Shown here one piece after another: positions 38,491 to 51,501 of a DNA stretch of 64,000 bases. The stretch covers positions 24,738,001 through 24,802,000 of the forward strand of contig JBHGNT010000005.1 in NCBI GenBank assembly GCA_043228905.1, in the 5' to 3' direction. Source of the stretch: Azolla caroliniana (taxonomy: Eukaryota > Plantae > Polypodiophyta). Position 1 is the stretch's first letter; each line of letters opens with the position of its first letter. The notes beneath the pieces were generated by a model. That model did not search any database, was not told the origin of the DNA, and worked only from the letters and a program-made list of their open reading frames with translations. Made by a program: the position numbers and the translations under genes.

Positions 38491-40713
38491 TTGTGCTGGA
38501 GGGGTTTACTGATATTGCAAAGAGGAACATTTCCTCCTTGCGCCCTTCTTTATGCAACTGACGTAGCGAAATGGTTGTCATCTTCTGAGTTGACCCTTGG
38601 GTTTGTCGACACTGGATTTCTATTGTTCTCCAATCTATGTCTGGGTTATGTAACTCGAACCACGGTAATCCTAAAACTATGGGATGTTCTGGGATACTAA
38701 TAATATTAAATGATACTACACATGCTAAGTTATCTAGGACAATATTAATGGGCTCTAACTCTTCTATGATATTTCCGGAAGCAATGGGACGTCCATCAAT
38801 GACTACTATAGAGGCTGGACACTGGAGTTTTCTTAGGGATATCTTATGAGCTTGAGCAAATTTCTTATCCATAAAGCAAGAGTTAGCTCCGGAATCTAGG
38901 AGTGCTAGGACATGTATTGGAGGGGTACTTTTAGTACTAACTATTACATGGGCTATGAACACATCACTAACTTGCTTAGAGGGAATGGAACCACTAATGG
39001 GTTGCACAGATCTAGGGCTGTCCAACCAAACGGCTCCTATTTTGGCTGGACTTAGTCGTTTAACTCTTCTTCTAACTGACTAAGGACATCAAATTTGTTT
39101 GCTAGATCTGGGCTATTAGTACTATTAGGACTATCAGATATCCCTACTGAAATAGGCTCGGGTTTAGTACAATTAGAACTATCGACTATTTGGTTTACTT
39201 GTCTTCCTGGCCTATGGGGGCAATTTATTGCAATATGTCCTGGTCCACCGCAGTAAAGACATAGTCGATATGCACGGCGTCACTGCTTTTCTTCTTCGGA
39301 TAATGGCCCTCGACGACGTGTAGTGTCAATCTCCATCGGAGTCGGAGTATTCGCTGGAGGCACATTATATGACTCCCTCGGAAAAGGTCTTGCTACCGAG
39401 GAATAGGTGGGCTCTGATCTTGCCCTCGGCATCTGTAGTTGTCGTTCCGAACGTCGCTCAAAGAGGCGGTTGTCACATCTCACCGCGCGATTGATTGCTT
39501 CTGCTAAGGACTTTGGCTCTTCGGGGAAGGTCAAGAGTAAATCCTTGACATCGTTGCGTAAACCATAACGGAATTGCTCCATGAACGCTTGATCATCCCA
39601 AGGGATACCGGCGGCGAGTAGGCGAAAATTTGCAGTGTATGCGGAGGCTGGACGGTCACCTTGGCGTAATCGCCGAATTTTGTTGATAGCGGTCCTGATG
39701 TTGTCAGTATCTCCGAAACATGCTTTAAACTCACCTAGAAACTCTTCAAAATTGTTGAGTAACGGAGATTCCTTTTCTAATAGTGGAGCGAACCATGCCA
39801 ACACTGAGCCACTTAACAATGTGCCTACTAAACCCACTCGTGATGCATCAGTGGGATATCGGGAAGGATGCATTTGAATAACTAATCGTACCTGGTTAAG
39901 GAACCCTCTAAACTGCGATCGCGTTCCATCGAACTTCGTGGGAAGGCCAATCTTGGGTTCTTTATGAATCCCTTGTGTTTCGGGCCCTTGTTGTTGCATT
40001 GCTACGATGGTTGCTTCGAGTTGTTGCACGCATAACGCAAGTTCCCCATGTTGTTGTTGCGTTTGTTGCTTTTCTAAGGAGATTTGCTGAAGATCCCCCA
40101 ACAACTGTTGGTTTTCTTGTTCCAAAGCATGGAACTTCTCTTTCAAGCATTGAAATTCTGAGAAAACATATTGATATTCTTCAGCGCTAACAGTGGCCAT
40201 GGGATGAAAGAAAAGAGGAATAAGAGATTAGTAGGAAATGAGAGAGACAAAAGGTAGGAAAAATTGGTTCAAACTGTCAGGAACGGTACTAAGACAGAGA
40301 AGGAATTCGTACTAAACGAAGGATTAGTACTATGAGAGGTGTAGAACTTCTTTGAGAGAAGGAAGAAGTGAGCGAGATGGAGAGAAAGAGAGAGATCGAG
40401 AGAGGGAGAGAGTGATGATAAGAAAGATATGTATTATGCGAAGAGAATATACAATGGTGGCTAAAAGGCTTAAGACTGGCGTTGAACCAATTTGGTTCAA
40501 CATAATGCCTAGTGCCCTCTTTTATAGTGTTTTCAGGAGTAATCCTGAAGCTTCTAGAATGTTCTAGAGAAATCTGGAATATACATTAATTTCCTATAAT
40601 AAAATGTAAATGAAAATAACATCCTACGTATTACAATAGATGATATAATGGTCAAGAGCTCAACCCATATAACCTAAGGCCATGGGTTCGAGTCTTGCCA
40701 TATCATGATAACA
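38491..40713 (-). mobile_element. 5' half of a Ty3/gypsy (chromovirus/Tcn1-like) element: LTR 40275 to 40621 or 40713, gag 39052-40200, protease to ~38491
   Basis: PEG10/Ty3-like gag (PTKFDGTRSQFRGFLNQ, LRQGDRPASAY, PTPMEID) with CLYCGGPGHIAINC knuckle and one premature TGA. Protease ALLDSGAN..IVLGLPWF in the -1 frame. No tRNA PBS. Confidence 0.9.
39013..39064 (-). promoter_or_regulatory. Predicted -1 programmed ribosomal frameshift signal
   Basis: G_TTA_AAC heptamer (39058-39064), 6-nt spacer, 11-bp stem GTCCAGCCAAA/TTTGGTTGGAC. The -1 frame is open into the protease. Confidence 0.8.
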
Positions 40714-43485
40714 TCCTACTTATGCTCGATCTAATGTGGTACATGTGAAGCAAGGGGATGAATGGATAGTGGATCCTACTACAATAATTGACATATGTGT
40801 TCATTACTTTAAGGAGTTGATTAGCCCACAATTGTTAATGACAAATGAGGTGAGTAGAGCATGTCATGAGTTTTATGATGTGGTTGGATATATAGTGCAT
40901 GACCTCATTAGTCATGAATTGGATGCGGATTTCACTAAGGATGAGGTGAACACATATTTAAGGCATCTTCCTAGTGGTAAGAGCCCTGGTTGGGATGGCT
41001 TGACAAATGAAGTTTTTAAGCTATATTCAAACATTTTTAAGGGGCCCTTAACTTTGATGTTTCAATTTTCTTGGGATTCTGATCCTATGCCTCAATCTTG
41101 GAAGGTTGGTCTAATAATTAAATTAGTTCCAAAGGTGGCATCTCCCGAGTCATTTCATCAATGGAGACCTATTTCTTTGATGGGGGGGTTGTATAAGATA
41201 TTTACAAAGGTCTTGGCAAATAGATTACAAAAGTATTTGCCAAAGTAATTGATACATCCCGCCCAATATGGTTTTATTGTAGGTAGGAATATAATTTCAT
41301 AATGTGTTGAATGTTCAAATGACCATGGATTATGCTCGAAACACTCATCAAGAACTCATTATGGTGCAATTTGATTTGGAGAAAGCTTATGATCATGTTA
41401 ATTGGTCCTTTGTTTCTGTGTTAATGCATACAATGGGCTTTGTGTCTCGTATGTCTCGCCTCATATTTGTATTAGGACAAGATATGGTGTCTCGAGTAAT
41501 GCTTAATGGGGGAGTTACAACAGATATTGCCCTTAGAAGATCCGTTCGTCAAGGATGCCCTCTTAGGCCATTGTTGTTTGCTATTGTTACTCATCCCTTG
41601 TTAGTGATGTTATCAAGGCTTGCAACAAATGATGACATTATGGGTCTACACCTTCCGTTTGGAGGACAACTAGTAGCAAGCTTTGGCTAATGATTCTTTC
41701 ATGTTTCTACAAGCCTCACAAGAGAATCTTGAGAAAGGGATGCTTGTATGGAACCAATGTGCATTGGCTTCTGGATTACATATTAATTGGATGAAGTCTA
41801 GTCTCAGATCATGTATTGAAAGGGATGTGGAATGTTTAGGATGGCAAGGATCCGTGGGGAAGAAAGGCGCTATTTTTTTACACTTGGGCTATCCATTAGG
41901 AATGAATGTTACAAATGGTCAATTGATTAAATGGATGTCTAGTAAGTTTAGGGATAAGTTCATGTATTCAAAGTCACAATCTTGGCCATTGCATGTACGC
42001 TTGAAGGTTGTACAATGTATTATGGAACCCATGATATTATATTACTTGCCATTGTTGCCATGGATAAAGAAGACTTTGCATTTTGTTTTGCAACCTCTTC
42101 GATATTTCTTGTGGAAGAAGAGGGATAAGATGGGAATCAGTTGGGCTACGTAGAATCATCTAGCAGCCCCTAAGAACTTGGGGGGAACTGGAATATTGAA
42201 CTTATTTAAGCATATGATGGCTCGTAGATTTTCATTATTACAAGACATGTGTTCAAACTCACACCCATGGATATCTATTGGTCAATATTTCATTAAGAAC
42301 AAGGGTTTAACACATGGGAGGACAATGATTAAGGGTTCATGATGGTAATTACTTAATGGATGTATTTCACTTAGGATTTCGGGCTCTACATGTGTTCAAC
42401 ACTTGGTTACCTCATGGCAAGAAGCACTCTTGTTACCTCATCTAGTAAAGAGCATTGTAATTCTTTGCAAAAAGAGTTGCTTGTGTCTTCTCGGGTATTA
42501 TGTTGGCCAGGATAGGAGAGATTGTGCTCTCAATTTAATCGTTTGTTTCATTTGGGGGTCAAAGAGGTGGGAGATATAGTTGACGCTCCATCTCAAAGAA
42601 TTTTGGAGTTTGTTGAAGCACGACAATTATTACCCATTCCGCCTAATTATGGGTTTATTTGGCAACAACTAAAAAATATTTCATTGATGCAAGGTCCCTT
42701 AACTCTACAAACAGGAGAACAAACATGGATTGATTGGTGTTTACAGGGTCAAACGTCGTTATTACAAGTGACTACTAATATTTTGTATCATTGCTCTATT
42801 GAGTATCTTGGATGGTTATCATCTAAGGCTGAAGAAGATTGGAGAATACACAAATTTGATCATGGGTGGTGGCAAATCTTACAACATAGTTGGCGTTCTA
42901 AATTGCCACTTGTAGCAAAGGTCTTCATTTGGAGAGTTTTGATTGGAGGATTGCCTTTGGGATTAGCTCTAAAGCATCGTAGACTAGCAACAGGTAATCG
43001 TTTTTTTTGCACTGTTCAAATGGAAGATAGTAGTCATTGATTTTGGAGTTACTTTTCTCAAATTGAGCAAGTTTTATCACAATGTTATTTGACACCTAGA
43101 TAGTGGGTGTTTGCACAATTTACATAGGTTGACCTAAAATAAGAGATGGAGATTGTTTTTCTATTTTTGAGATATTGGGGATTGCGTCATAATTGGAATA
43201 TGCCCAATGCTTTTGTATTCGATGGTAGACATGGAGTGAAAGCATATCTACGAAAGTTGAAGGGAGTACTAATATGGCAATTTTCTTTATTGGAGCAAGT
43301 GGAAATTCTTTACTCGGTGGAGTGTTCGTGTTGCCTATTGGCAATTCAACATGTTCCACTACCCATATAGTGTAGTTAGTTGGTGACCATAATCCATTGT
43401 CACATCCATTGTAAGTAGTGTTTTTTACACACATGTATTAATATAATTGTGTGTTTTCACCAAAAGAGAGAGAGAGAGAGAGAGA

Positions 43486-43841
43486 ATGGTTGTTTGCACA
43501 ATTTACACAGGTTGACCCAAAATCAAAGATGGAGATCGTTTTCCTATTTCTGAGATATTGGGGATTACGTCATAATTGGGACATGTGCAACGCTTTTGTA
43601 TTTGATGGTAGACATGGAGTGAAAGCATATCTATGAAAGTTGAAGGGAGTGTGACAATTTTCTTTATTGGAGCAAGTGGAAATTCTTTTCTCGGTGGAGA
43701 GTTCGTCTTGCCTATTGGCAATTCAACATGTTCCACTACCTATGTAGGGTAGTGTAGTTAGTGGGTGACCATACTCCATTGTCACACCCATTGGAAGTAG
43801 TGTTTTTCACACACATTTATTAATATAATTGTGTGTTTTCA

Positions 43842-43893
<52 letters not shown>
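43486..43893 (+). mobile_element. 5'-truncated second copy of the L1-like 3' end, followed by (GA)n
   Basis: Near-duplicate of about 43104-43465 (MEIVFLFLRYWGLRHNW); (GA)n at 43845-43893. Confidence 0.88.
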
Positions 43894-43895
<2 letters not shown>

Positions 43896-46800
43896 TGGTG
43901 GACAATTGGTGGCACAAGTATTGGTTGATGATTCTATGTTACTACAAGCCTCATAGGAAAATCTTGAAAGGCGTAAGTTTGAGATCTAATTTTCTTGCGT
44001 TGAGGGTAGCATATAAATTGGAGGAAGACTTGCCTTACTTCTTGTACGGAGAGTGATTTGTTGGCTAGTATATTTTCATTATTATGAGATATATGTTAAC
44101 AAGATCAACCATGGATATCTATGATGCAATATTTTGTTGAGCATGAACAATTGGTGCATGGAAAAACAAAGATTCAAGCATTGTGGCGGCCATTACTTAA
44201 TGGACGTATTCATCTAAAGATTTAACATTCTATATGCATGCAATAATTGATAAGGTCATGCCAAGATGCATTATCTTTTTTTGAATAGGCACCATCAAGT
44301 GATTGAGAATTTCATAATCCATTACAAAATGAATTGCTCGTTTATTTCTTGAGTGTTGCATTGGCATCAAAAATAGAATTTAAGGTCTCAATTCAACCGT
44401 TTGATTGGGAGTTGTCGATTGGGGCCATGCGGTTGATAATGAATCTCAAAGGTTGTTGAAATTTGAAGATGCCAAACAATTGTATTCCCCCAAATTATGG
44501 ATTTAGCTAGGAGAAATTACAAGACATATCATTGTTGCATGGATATTTGCCAATCAAAACAAATGTTGCACCTTGGTTAGATTGGTGGTTACACGATGGT
44601 ACACGCTTGTCACGGTTCACTACAAATATGTTGTATCATCATGCAATAACATCATTATCTTGTCTATCACCTTAAAGGTAGAAAAGGTGTGGAATGTATG
44701 TAAGTCGAATTCAAGGTGATGACAATTATTACAACATGGTTGGCATTCCCATTTGCCATTTCGTGCGAAGGTATTCATATGGAGAATCATGATTGGTGGG
44801 TTCCCATTAGGTTCAACATTAAAGAGACGAGGACTAGGGTCAGGTACATGCTTCCTTTGCATCATTTCATTGGAGGACAATACACATAGGTTGATTAAAT
44901 GTCCTATGACACATATCATTTAGGCGTACTCATCAAACATTTGACAAGTTTTAACCTATTGTTATGGCCTCAACAATGGGTTTTTCTCAGTGTTAGAGAG
45001 ATCAAGCTCAACTAGATTTAGTTAGTCAACCATGTAACTTCGTAGTTACTTCGATAGAATCTAATTAGAAGTGTTGACTATAACGCCTTAAATAGGGCCT
45101 TGTACTTAAGTAGGATATTCTAGATCCTCCACTCCCAATGTCATTTAATATAGGACTTACACAGTTGTACCTATATTCTCCTCACACATGTGCACCCTTG
45201 CACATGAGGTCTATATATACCTCATTGATGATATTTTTGTATTTGATGATGATGATGCTTTCTAATATAGTTACTCATCCCCCATCTTGTGTTGTTCATA
45301 AGCGTATCTTCCTCTCTCTCTTCCTCTCACACACATACACATACATATCACTTAATCTTCCGCTCAACTAATCTCATAATTAGGTACTAATTAACCCGTA
45401 GTTAATCACCTAATTCTTAACATGGTATTAGAGCGTGTGGTTTAGAAAATCCACTAAGCCCACCCGACTCTGTGATTGTGTGTTCGAGACGTTGACGACA
45501 AAATCTGGTCATCGGCTACCGTAGTGCCGCTACGTAGCACGAGTACGTGATCGAAGGAAGAAAATCGAAAAAGGAAGACACTACAATGAACATGAACAAC
45601 ACAAATGGGTAGCTCGCTCCCTAGTGAAAAGCTAGACCGGAGCAATTACTCATCTTGAGTGTACAAGATGACCCAATACCTCGTCGGCCAAGGGTATTGG
45701 AGCTACATCAACAGCGCACAAAAAAATTGACCCGACTCGAAGAACGTCGACTATGCAACATGGGAGCAAGCGGCGAGTCGAGTCATGTATTGGTTGGCAA
45801 CATGTGTCCACAACCACATGCTTAGCCACATTCGAGACGCCAAGACGCCTAAAGAAGTGTGGGAGAACTTAAAGAAAATGTTAGCCGCCAACACAATCGC
45901 ACAAAATCTTCAACTCCGACAAGAGATCAACAACATTCGGCAAAAAGACATGTTCGTGTTAGACTACACCGCCAAGATCAAGAGCATTTGCGACTCACTT
46001 GGCTCCATCAAAATAAACCTCGACGAAGACAAAATGGTTCAAGTATGCTTGGGCAGCCTCGCACAATGATTCGACTCGTTGAGGACAGCAATCTTGGCGA
46101 GGGAAAACCCTCCTTCGTTCTTCAACCTTCAACCAATGCTCATGGTTGAAGAGAACCATGTCGAAACCAAAACCAAGGCATCGGAAGGACAAATGTTCTT
46201 TCCAAATTCGGATGGTGGCCGAGGACGAAGTCCAAGCGGTAGAAGAGGTCAATTTGGCCCATTACACGAAGGGAACTCAAACCTTCACGGAAGCCATCGA
46301 GGAACCTTCGGAAGAAGGGGGCGCTTCCATGTCGAACAAGGTCGGCAAATGAGGCCCACAACTTGCAAGTATTGCGGAAAAATCAGCCACCGCGAGGAGT
46401 GCCGAAAAAGAAGAAGCGAGTCGACTTCGACAAGCCGACAACTCACAAACTACGCCAACAACTCCGAATACGACGACTACGGTGGTCTATTTGTAATGAG
46501 TCATAGAGCGAACTCTATGAGGGCCTCCGACTCCACAAGCACCTCCAACTCGGAAGACGTGTGGTTCTTTGATTCCGGCACCTCACATCACATGACATCC
46601 CATGGAGAGTGGTTTAGTGATTTGTGCACAGATGATGGACCTGACGTCATAGAGACGAGTGATGACACCATACATCCGATTCGGCACATCGGCAATGTCC
46701 CATTCGGGAAAGAATGCGAGCAAACTTGTATCAAGAATGTCTTGCACGTGCCCACAATAACGAAGAATTTGGTCTCGGTCAGCCAAATCGTGGAGCAAGG

Positions 46801-49207
46801 CATGCAAGTTCGCTTCAACAACGAAGGTTGTTTCATCGAGAAAGATGGCCGACTCATAGCCAAGAGACGGAGAGATGGTCGCCTGTTCATCCTCGATTCG
46901 AACAAAGTGAAATCGTCCATGTATGCCAAAGGTCTCAAAACCAAGACAAGCCTCGAGTTGTGGCACAAGAGAATCGGCCACATAAACCTCCAACGGCTCC
47001 GAGCTATACAAACAAAGGGAGTCGTCATCGGACTTCCGACCTTCGAGTCGACCGAGTATGTGAAGCATGTCAACTCGGCAAACAACATCGACTCCCATTT
47101 ACGAAGGAGAGCTCCGCGAGCAAAGGCCTCCTCGACGTCATACATTCAGATGTATGGGGACCAACTCGTACGCCGACGATTGGCGGATGCCGATACTACG
47201 TCACCTTCATCGATGACTACTCGCGCTACACGTGGATCTTCTCGATGAAGAAAAAGAGTGAAGTGTTCTCCCACTTCCAAAAGCTCAAGGGGCAAGTCGA
47301 AAAAGAAACCGGTTGGCACATTCGATGCCTACAATCGGATGGAGGAACGGAGCACTTCTCCGATGAAATCACCTCCTACCTCCAAAGTGAAGGCATTTGG
47401 AGAGAATTCTCATGCCAACACACACCCCAACAAAATGGAGTCGTCGAAAGGAAAAATCGGCAAATACTCGAGGTAGCACGCGCCATGATGCATGAGAAGC
47501 ACATGTCGAACTTCTATTGGGCCGAAGTGGCATCCACGACCGTCTATCTCATGAACTAATGCACCACCAATGGAGTGCATGAGCTAACTCCCTACGAGCT
47601 CCTTGTCGGAAGGAAACCGATCCTGTTGCACCTCAAGGTGTTCGGAAGCATTACGAATGTACGCATCCCGAACAAACAACGACAAAAGCTTGAGACGAAG
47701 TCAAAGGAATGTATCCTCATAGGATACTCGTCCGAGAAGAAGGCATACAAGTGCTACAACCCTTCTACCCGAGCGGTTCAAGTAGTTGAGACGTAGTCTT
47801 CGACGAGTCTACATCCTAGTACGCACCAGAGACAACTTCGACTCCGACTCCGCTCAACCCAGAATCCGCCGAACAAGAGGTAGAAGATGGAGATCGCTTC
47901 GAACACATGTTCGAAGAAAGTCTGATTTCGACAATGCTTAGTAAGCCACAAGAGCCCCCGCGCGACCCAAATACATCGCGGCCAAGTCTGAACTTGGACA
48001 AAGGCAAAGGTAAGATGCCCGAATACGAAGTCGACCACCCCGACGATAGTGATTCAGATGTGTCGTATCGGCTCCCTCACTAGACAGTGAGTTTGGTGTA
48101 CCCATCATGCGGACACCTAGAGTAAAGAAGGCGCTCACATCGGCGAGTGAAAAACTTTGACGCTCTTCTAGAGAGAAGAATCTCGTCACTCAGCTAGGCT
48201 ACAATGAGTACATGGCCCATGATTATGCCTTTGCGATGAAGGTTGCGGCCGGACAAGAGCCCGAGCGCTCTACAGAAGTGGCTCGTGACCCACGATGGGT
48301 GAAAGTAGTCGACCCAAGCCTTCGTCACAGGCTTGAGGGGGAGGAACCGAAACTACCACGACGCAGAAGCTGACATCGAAAGTCAGACAACGCCAAAAGC
48401 AAAACCTGATGTCAAATGCCTCACACTTGAGCTTGAGGGGACGTGTTGAGAGATCAAGCTCAACTAGAGTTAGTTAGTTAGTCAACCATGTAACTTCGTA
48501 GTTACCTAGATAGAATCTAGTTAGAAGTGTTGACTATAACGCCTTAAATAGGACCTTGTACTTAAGTAGGATATTCTAGATCCTCCACTCCCAATGTCAT
48601 TTAATATAGGACTTACACGATTGTATCTATATTCTCCTCATGCATGTGCACCCTTGCACATGAGATCTATATATACCTCATTGATGGTATTTTTGTATTT
48701 GATGATGATGATGCTTTCTAATATAGTTACTCATCCCCCATCTTGTGTTGTTCATAAGTGTATCTTCCTCTCTCTCTTCCTCTCACACACATACACACAC
48801 ATATCACTTAATCTTCTGCTCAACTAATCTCATAATTAGGTACTAGTTAACCTGTAGTTAATCACCTAATTCTTAACACTCAATATGTTCAAAATGGTCC
48901 AAATGACACGCTAGAGATATTGTTCCAATTTTTACGATATTGGGGACTGCAAGACAATTGGAATATGCATATTGCTTCATGTTTGATAGTAGACAAGGGG
49001 TGAAAGCCTTATGTGGATTTTTTGGATGTTAGAGCATCTAGAGATTATTTCCTCAAGTGCACATTTAGGTTTTCTATTGGCTTTACATGACGTCCATCTC
49101 CCTACATAGGATAGGTAGGTAGAGGAGACTAAGACGTTGTAACAAGTGGATATTTCATACAATTAATATAATTGTGTGCTTTTGGCCTAGAGAGAGAGAG
49201 AGAGAGA
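43894..49207 (+). mobile_element. Third, more diverged 5'-truncated L1-like copy (43894-44990 plus 48879-49188), followed by (GA)n and interrupted by a copia element
   Basis: Colinear similarity to about 41668-43465; same terminal taatataattgtgtg motif before (GA)n at 49189-49207. Confidence 0.82.
44991..48878 (+). mobile_element. Non-autonomous Ty1/copia element lacking RT/RNase H; LTRs 44991-45422 and 48444-48878
   Basis: TG...CA LTRs roughly 95-96% identical by eye, CTCAG/CTCAA target-site duplication, PBS TGGTATTAGAGC, PPT TTGAGGGGACG. Degenerate gag, PR (WFFDSGTS) and IN (HSDVWGP, QSDGGTEH, QQNGVVERKN). Confidence 0.93.
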
Positions 49208-49275
49208 TTTTGAAGACACCTTAGAAAGCATCTAGTTTGGTGGTAGCACACACTGTCGAGATCGGATCTTAGGTC

Positions 49276-49620
49276 TGTGAGGAAGATATCCTAAAATGTA
49301 TAGACAGAACGTGAAAAACAACAAATACACAATATGCACAATGTTTTACGTGGAAACCCCTAGCAAGGAAAAACCATGGGCAACACAAGTTTCACTATAT
49401 CAAAATACAACACTCTCTCATATCAAAGTGTATCAGCCACACAAAGATCTTGGTGTCTAGTCTGTTTCAACTATAGCACCACTCACACACTCTATCTCTT
49501 CTCTGATACTCTCTATTTTCATATAGTTTGCCCTATGTGTATTTATACTTATACGTAGTATGGGCTATTTACAAATATGTCTGTTATTATTATTATTATT
49601 ATTTGATAATAACACTAACA
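49276..49620 (-). mobile_element. Probable solo LTR related to the LTR at 32938-33651
   Basis: TG...CA ends; shares tacgtggaaaccc / aaaaacca.ggg / tcactat / gggctatttacaaatat motifs in reverse orientation. No target-site duplication found, so the ends are uncertain. Confidence 0.55.
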
Positions 49621-51301
49621 AACTTTAACAAACAATGACATTTCAAGTGAATCTCTCTCTTATAACAAGACATGTTTTTACTATGGGGATCTACGCATGA
49701 GACACAATTAGTATCAATCCTCATACTAGACCACCTTAATTATTTCTTGTTAAAAGATTGCTCTAATATCTAAGCTACATTTCATAGTTGAATCAAATGA
49801 TAATATTTCATTTGCTAATTGAAATTTTAAAGGATTTTAACTCCTTTTTCAAGAGGTAATGAAAATGTTTGCTTCCCTTTGTTATTTTAATCCAAGATCA
49901 TCATAGCAATGTAATTGTACCGATGATTTACCTTGGAAGATTTAGGGTTCATTGAGAATTAAAATCAAGATTCCCACTAAATAAATAGGTGTTATAACCA
50001 ATTAGCATGTGGAAGCTATAGAACATAGCCAACCCAAAATCACTTTTTGTGTGCATTAAAGCCAACCCACTCATATGTGCCTTTGAAGAGGTAAGAAAAA
50101 TGTTTTCATCCATTTCAGATTCTATTCCAATATCATCATAGCAATGTAATTGAACCAATTATTTAGCATGGACGATTTTTGCTGCATTGAAAATTAAAAT
50201 CAAAACTTCCACTTACCAAATAGCTTTTGCAACCAACCAGGCAATCCAAAATCACTTTTTGCATGCATTAAAAGCCAATTCACCCACGTGCACTTTTCCA
50301 TGCATTCAAATCATTGAATAGAAGCAGTTTTCCATATCCGTAATAGTGTCGATCCAACTACCTACATTCTTTTTCCAAGTATTGTTCCATAAACATATGT
50401 AGCTACCAACAACTTCATTTACCATCAAGGAACCAATTAATAATGGGATGCTATAGATGGCAACCTTGTTACCAAATTTAATCTTACACATATGTTGGCT
50501 TACATCAAACACTACATTGCTAACTTTGTTCTTTTATCAAACCACTTTCTATCCTAACTTGCAAGCTTATAATTTTTATTAAACTCTAAAAGCATAGAGA
50601 CATTGGCAAATCATTTAGCTTATCTTTGGCAGATAGTACGAGCACATCCTTCAAACAAATAAGGAAAATTCAATAACTTTTATTGTAGAAAATAGTCGAG
50701 AATGTTTTCAAATAACCTAGATGCTTTCGGTAATCAGCAAAATTCCTTGCTCTAGTTACTTGCTAGCTTGGATGCAAGATGAGTTTGAGGAGACAATCTT
50801 TATTTTCTGTATGACTTCAAATAAGAGATTAGCGGATTTAGCTTTCCTTCTAGCTGAGCTTTTGTGATGTAATAGACACAAGCAAAATTTCAATGTACGT
50901 TAGTAAAGTATGGCCCGTTTGCATTTTTTAAATGAATCTACTTTAATGTACTGTACACAAGTAATAGTCAGAAAATAAGATACACTTTGTAATTACAAAG
51001 TATAAAAATAAAAATTGACCTGAAAATGCTCGCCATATTAAGTCACAATATCAATATAAATGACTAAAAATAGCTCCATCTTGAAGCTTTTACATTGATG
51101 TGGTGTCTTATCAAAACCATGCTGAGAGAAAGAAAAAATAATACAACAGGTGGCAAATCAGCTGAAGAAATGAAATGAATGAAATTGGCTCGAGACAGGC
51201 TTTTAAAAAAAGGAAAGAAAATTGGAGAAAAAAACGTTAGGTTAAATGTGCCCCAATTGCAAATTTGGTATAATGATGATAATATCCATCTTTGAAGAAA
51301 T

Positions 51302-51430
51302 TCAAAGCAGCTTTCGCAGCCTTTGTGACGGCCACTGCAAAAACCTTAGGCGATACTTTTCTGTGTAGGAGGTCCATGTTCTCTCGTTTCTATATCTCCT
51401 CTCAATCTGCATTGATTTGTCCATATACTT

Positions 51431-51501
<71 letters not shown>

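Larger units (their letters stand above)
31800..43465 (+). mobile_element. Degenerate L1/Tx1-like LINE, split by nested insertions (5' UTR/ORF1-like about 31800-32937; ORF2 RT and zinc-finger region 40714-43465)
   Basis: ORF2 motifs LPSGKSPGWDGLTNEVFK, WRPISLMGGLYKIFTKVLANRL, DLEKAYDHVNW, VRQGCPL, FIWRVLIGGLP, with many stops and frameshifts. Bounded by (GA)n on both sides. Assigning the 5' part to the same element is inference. Confidence 0.7.
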
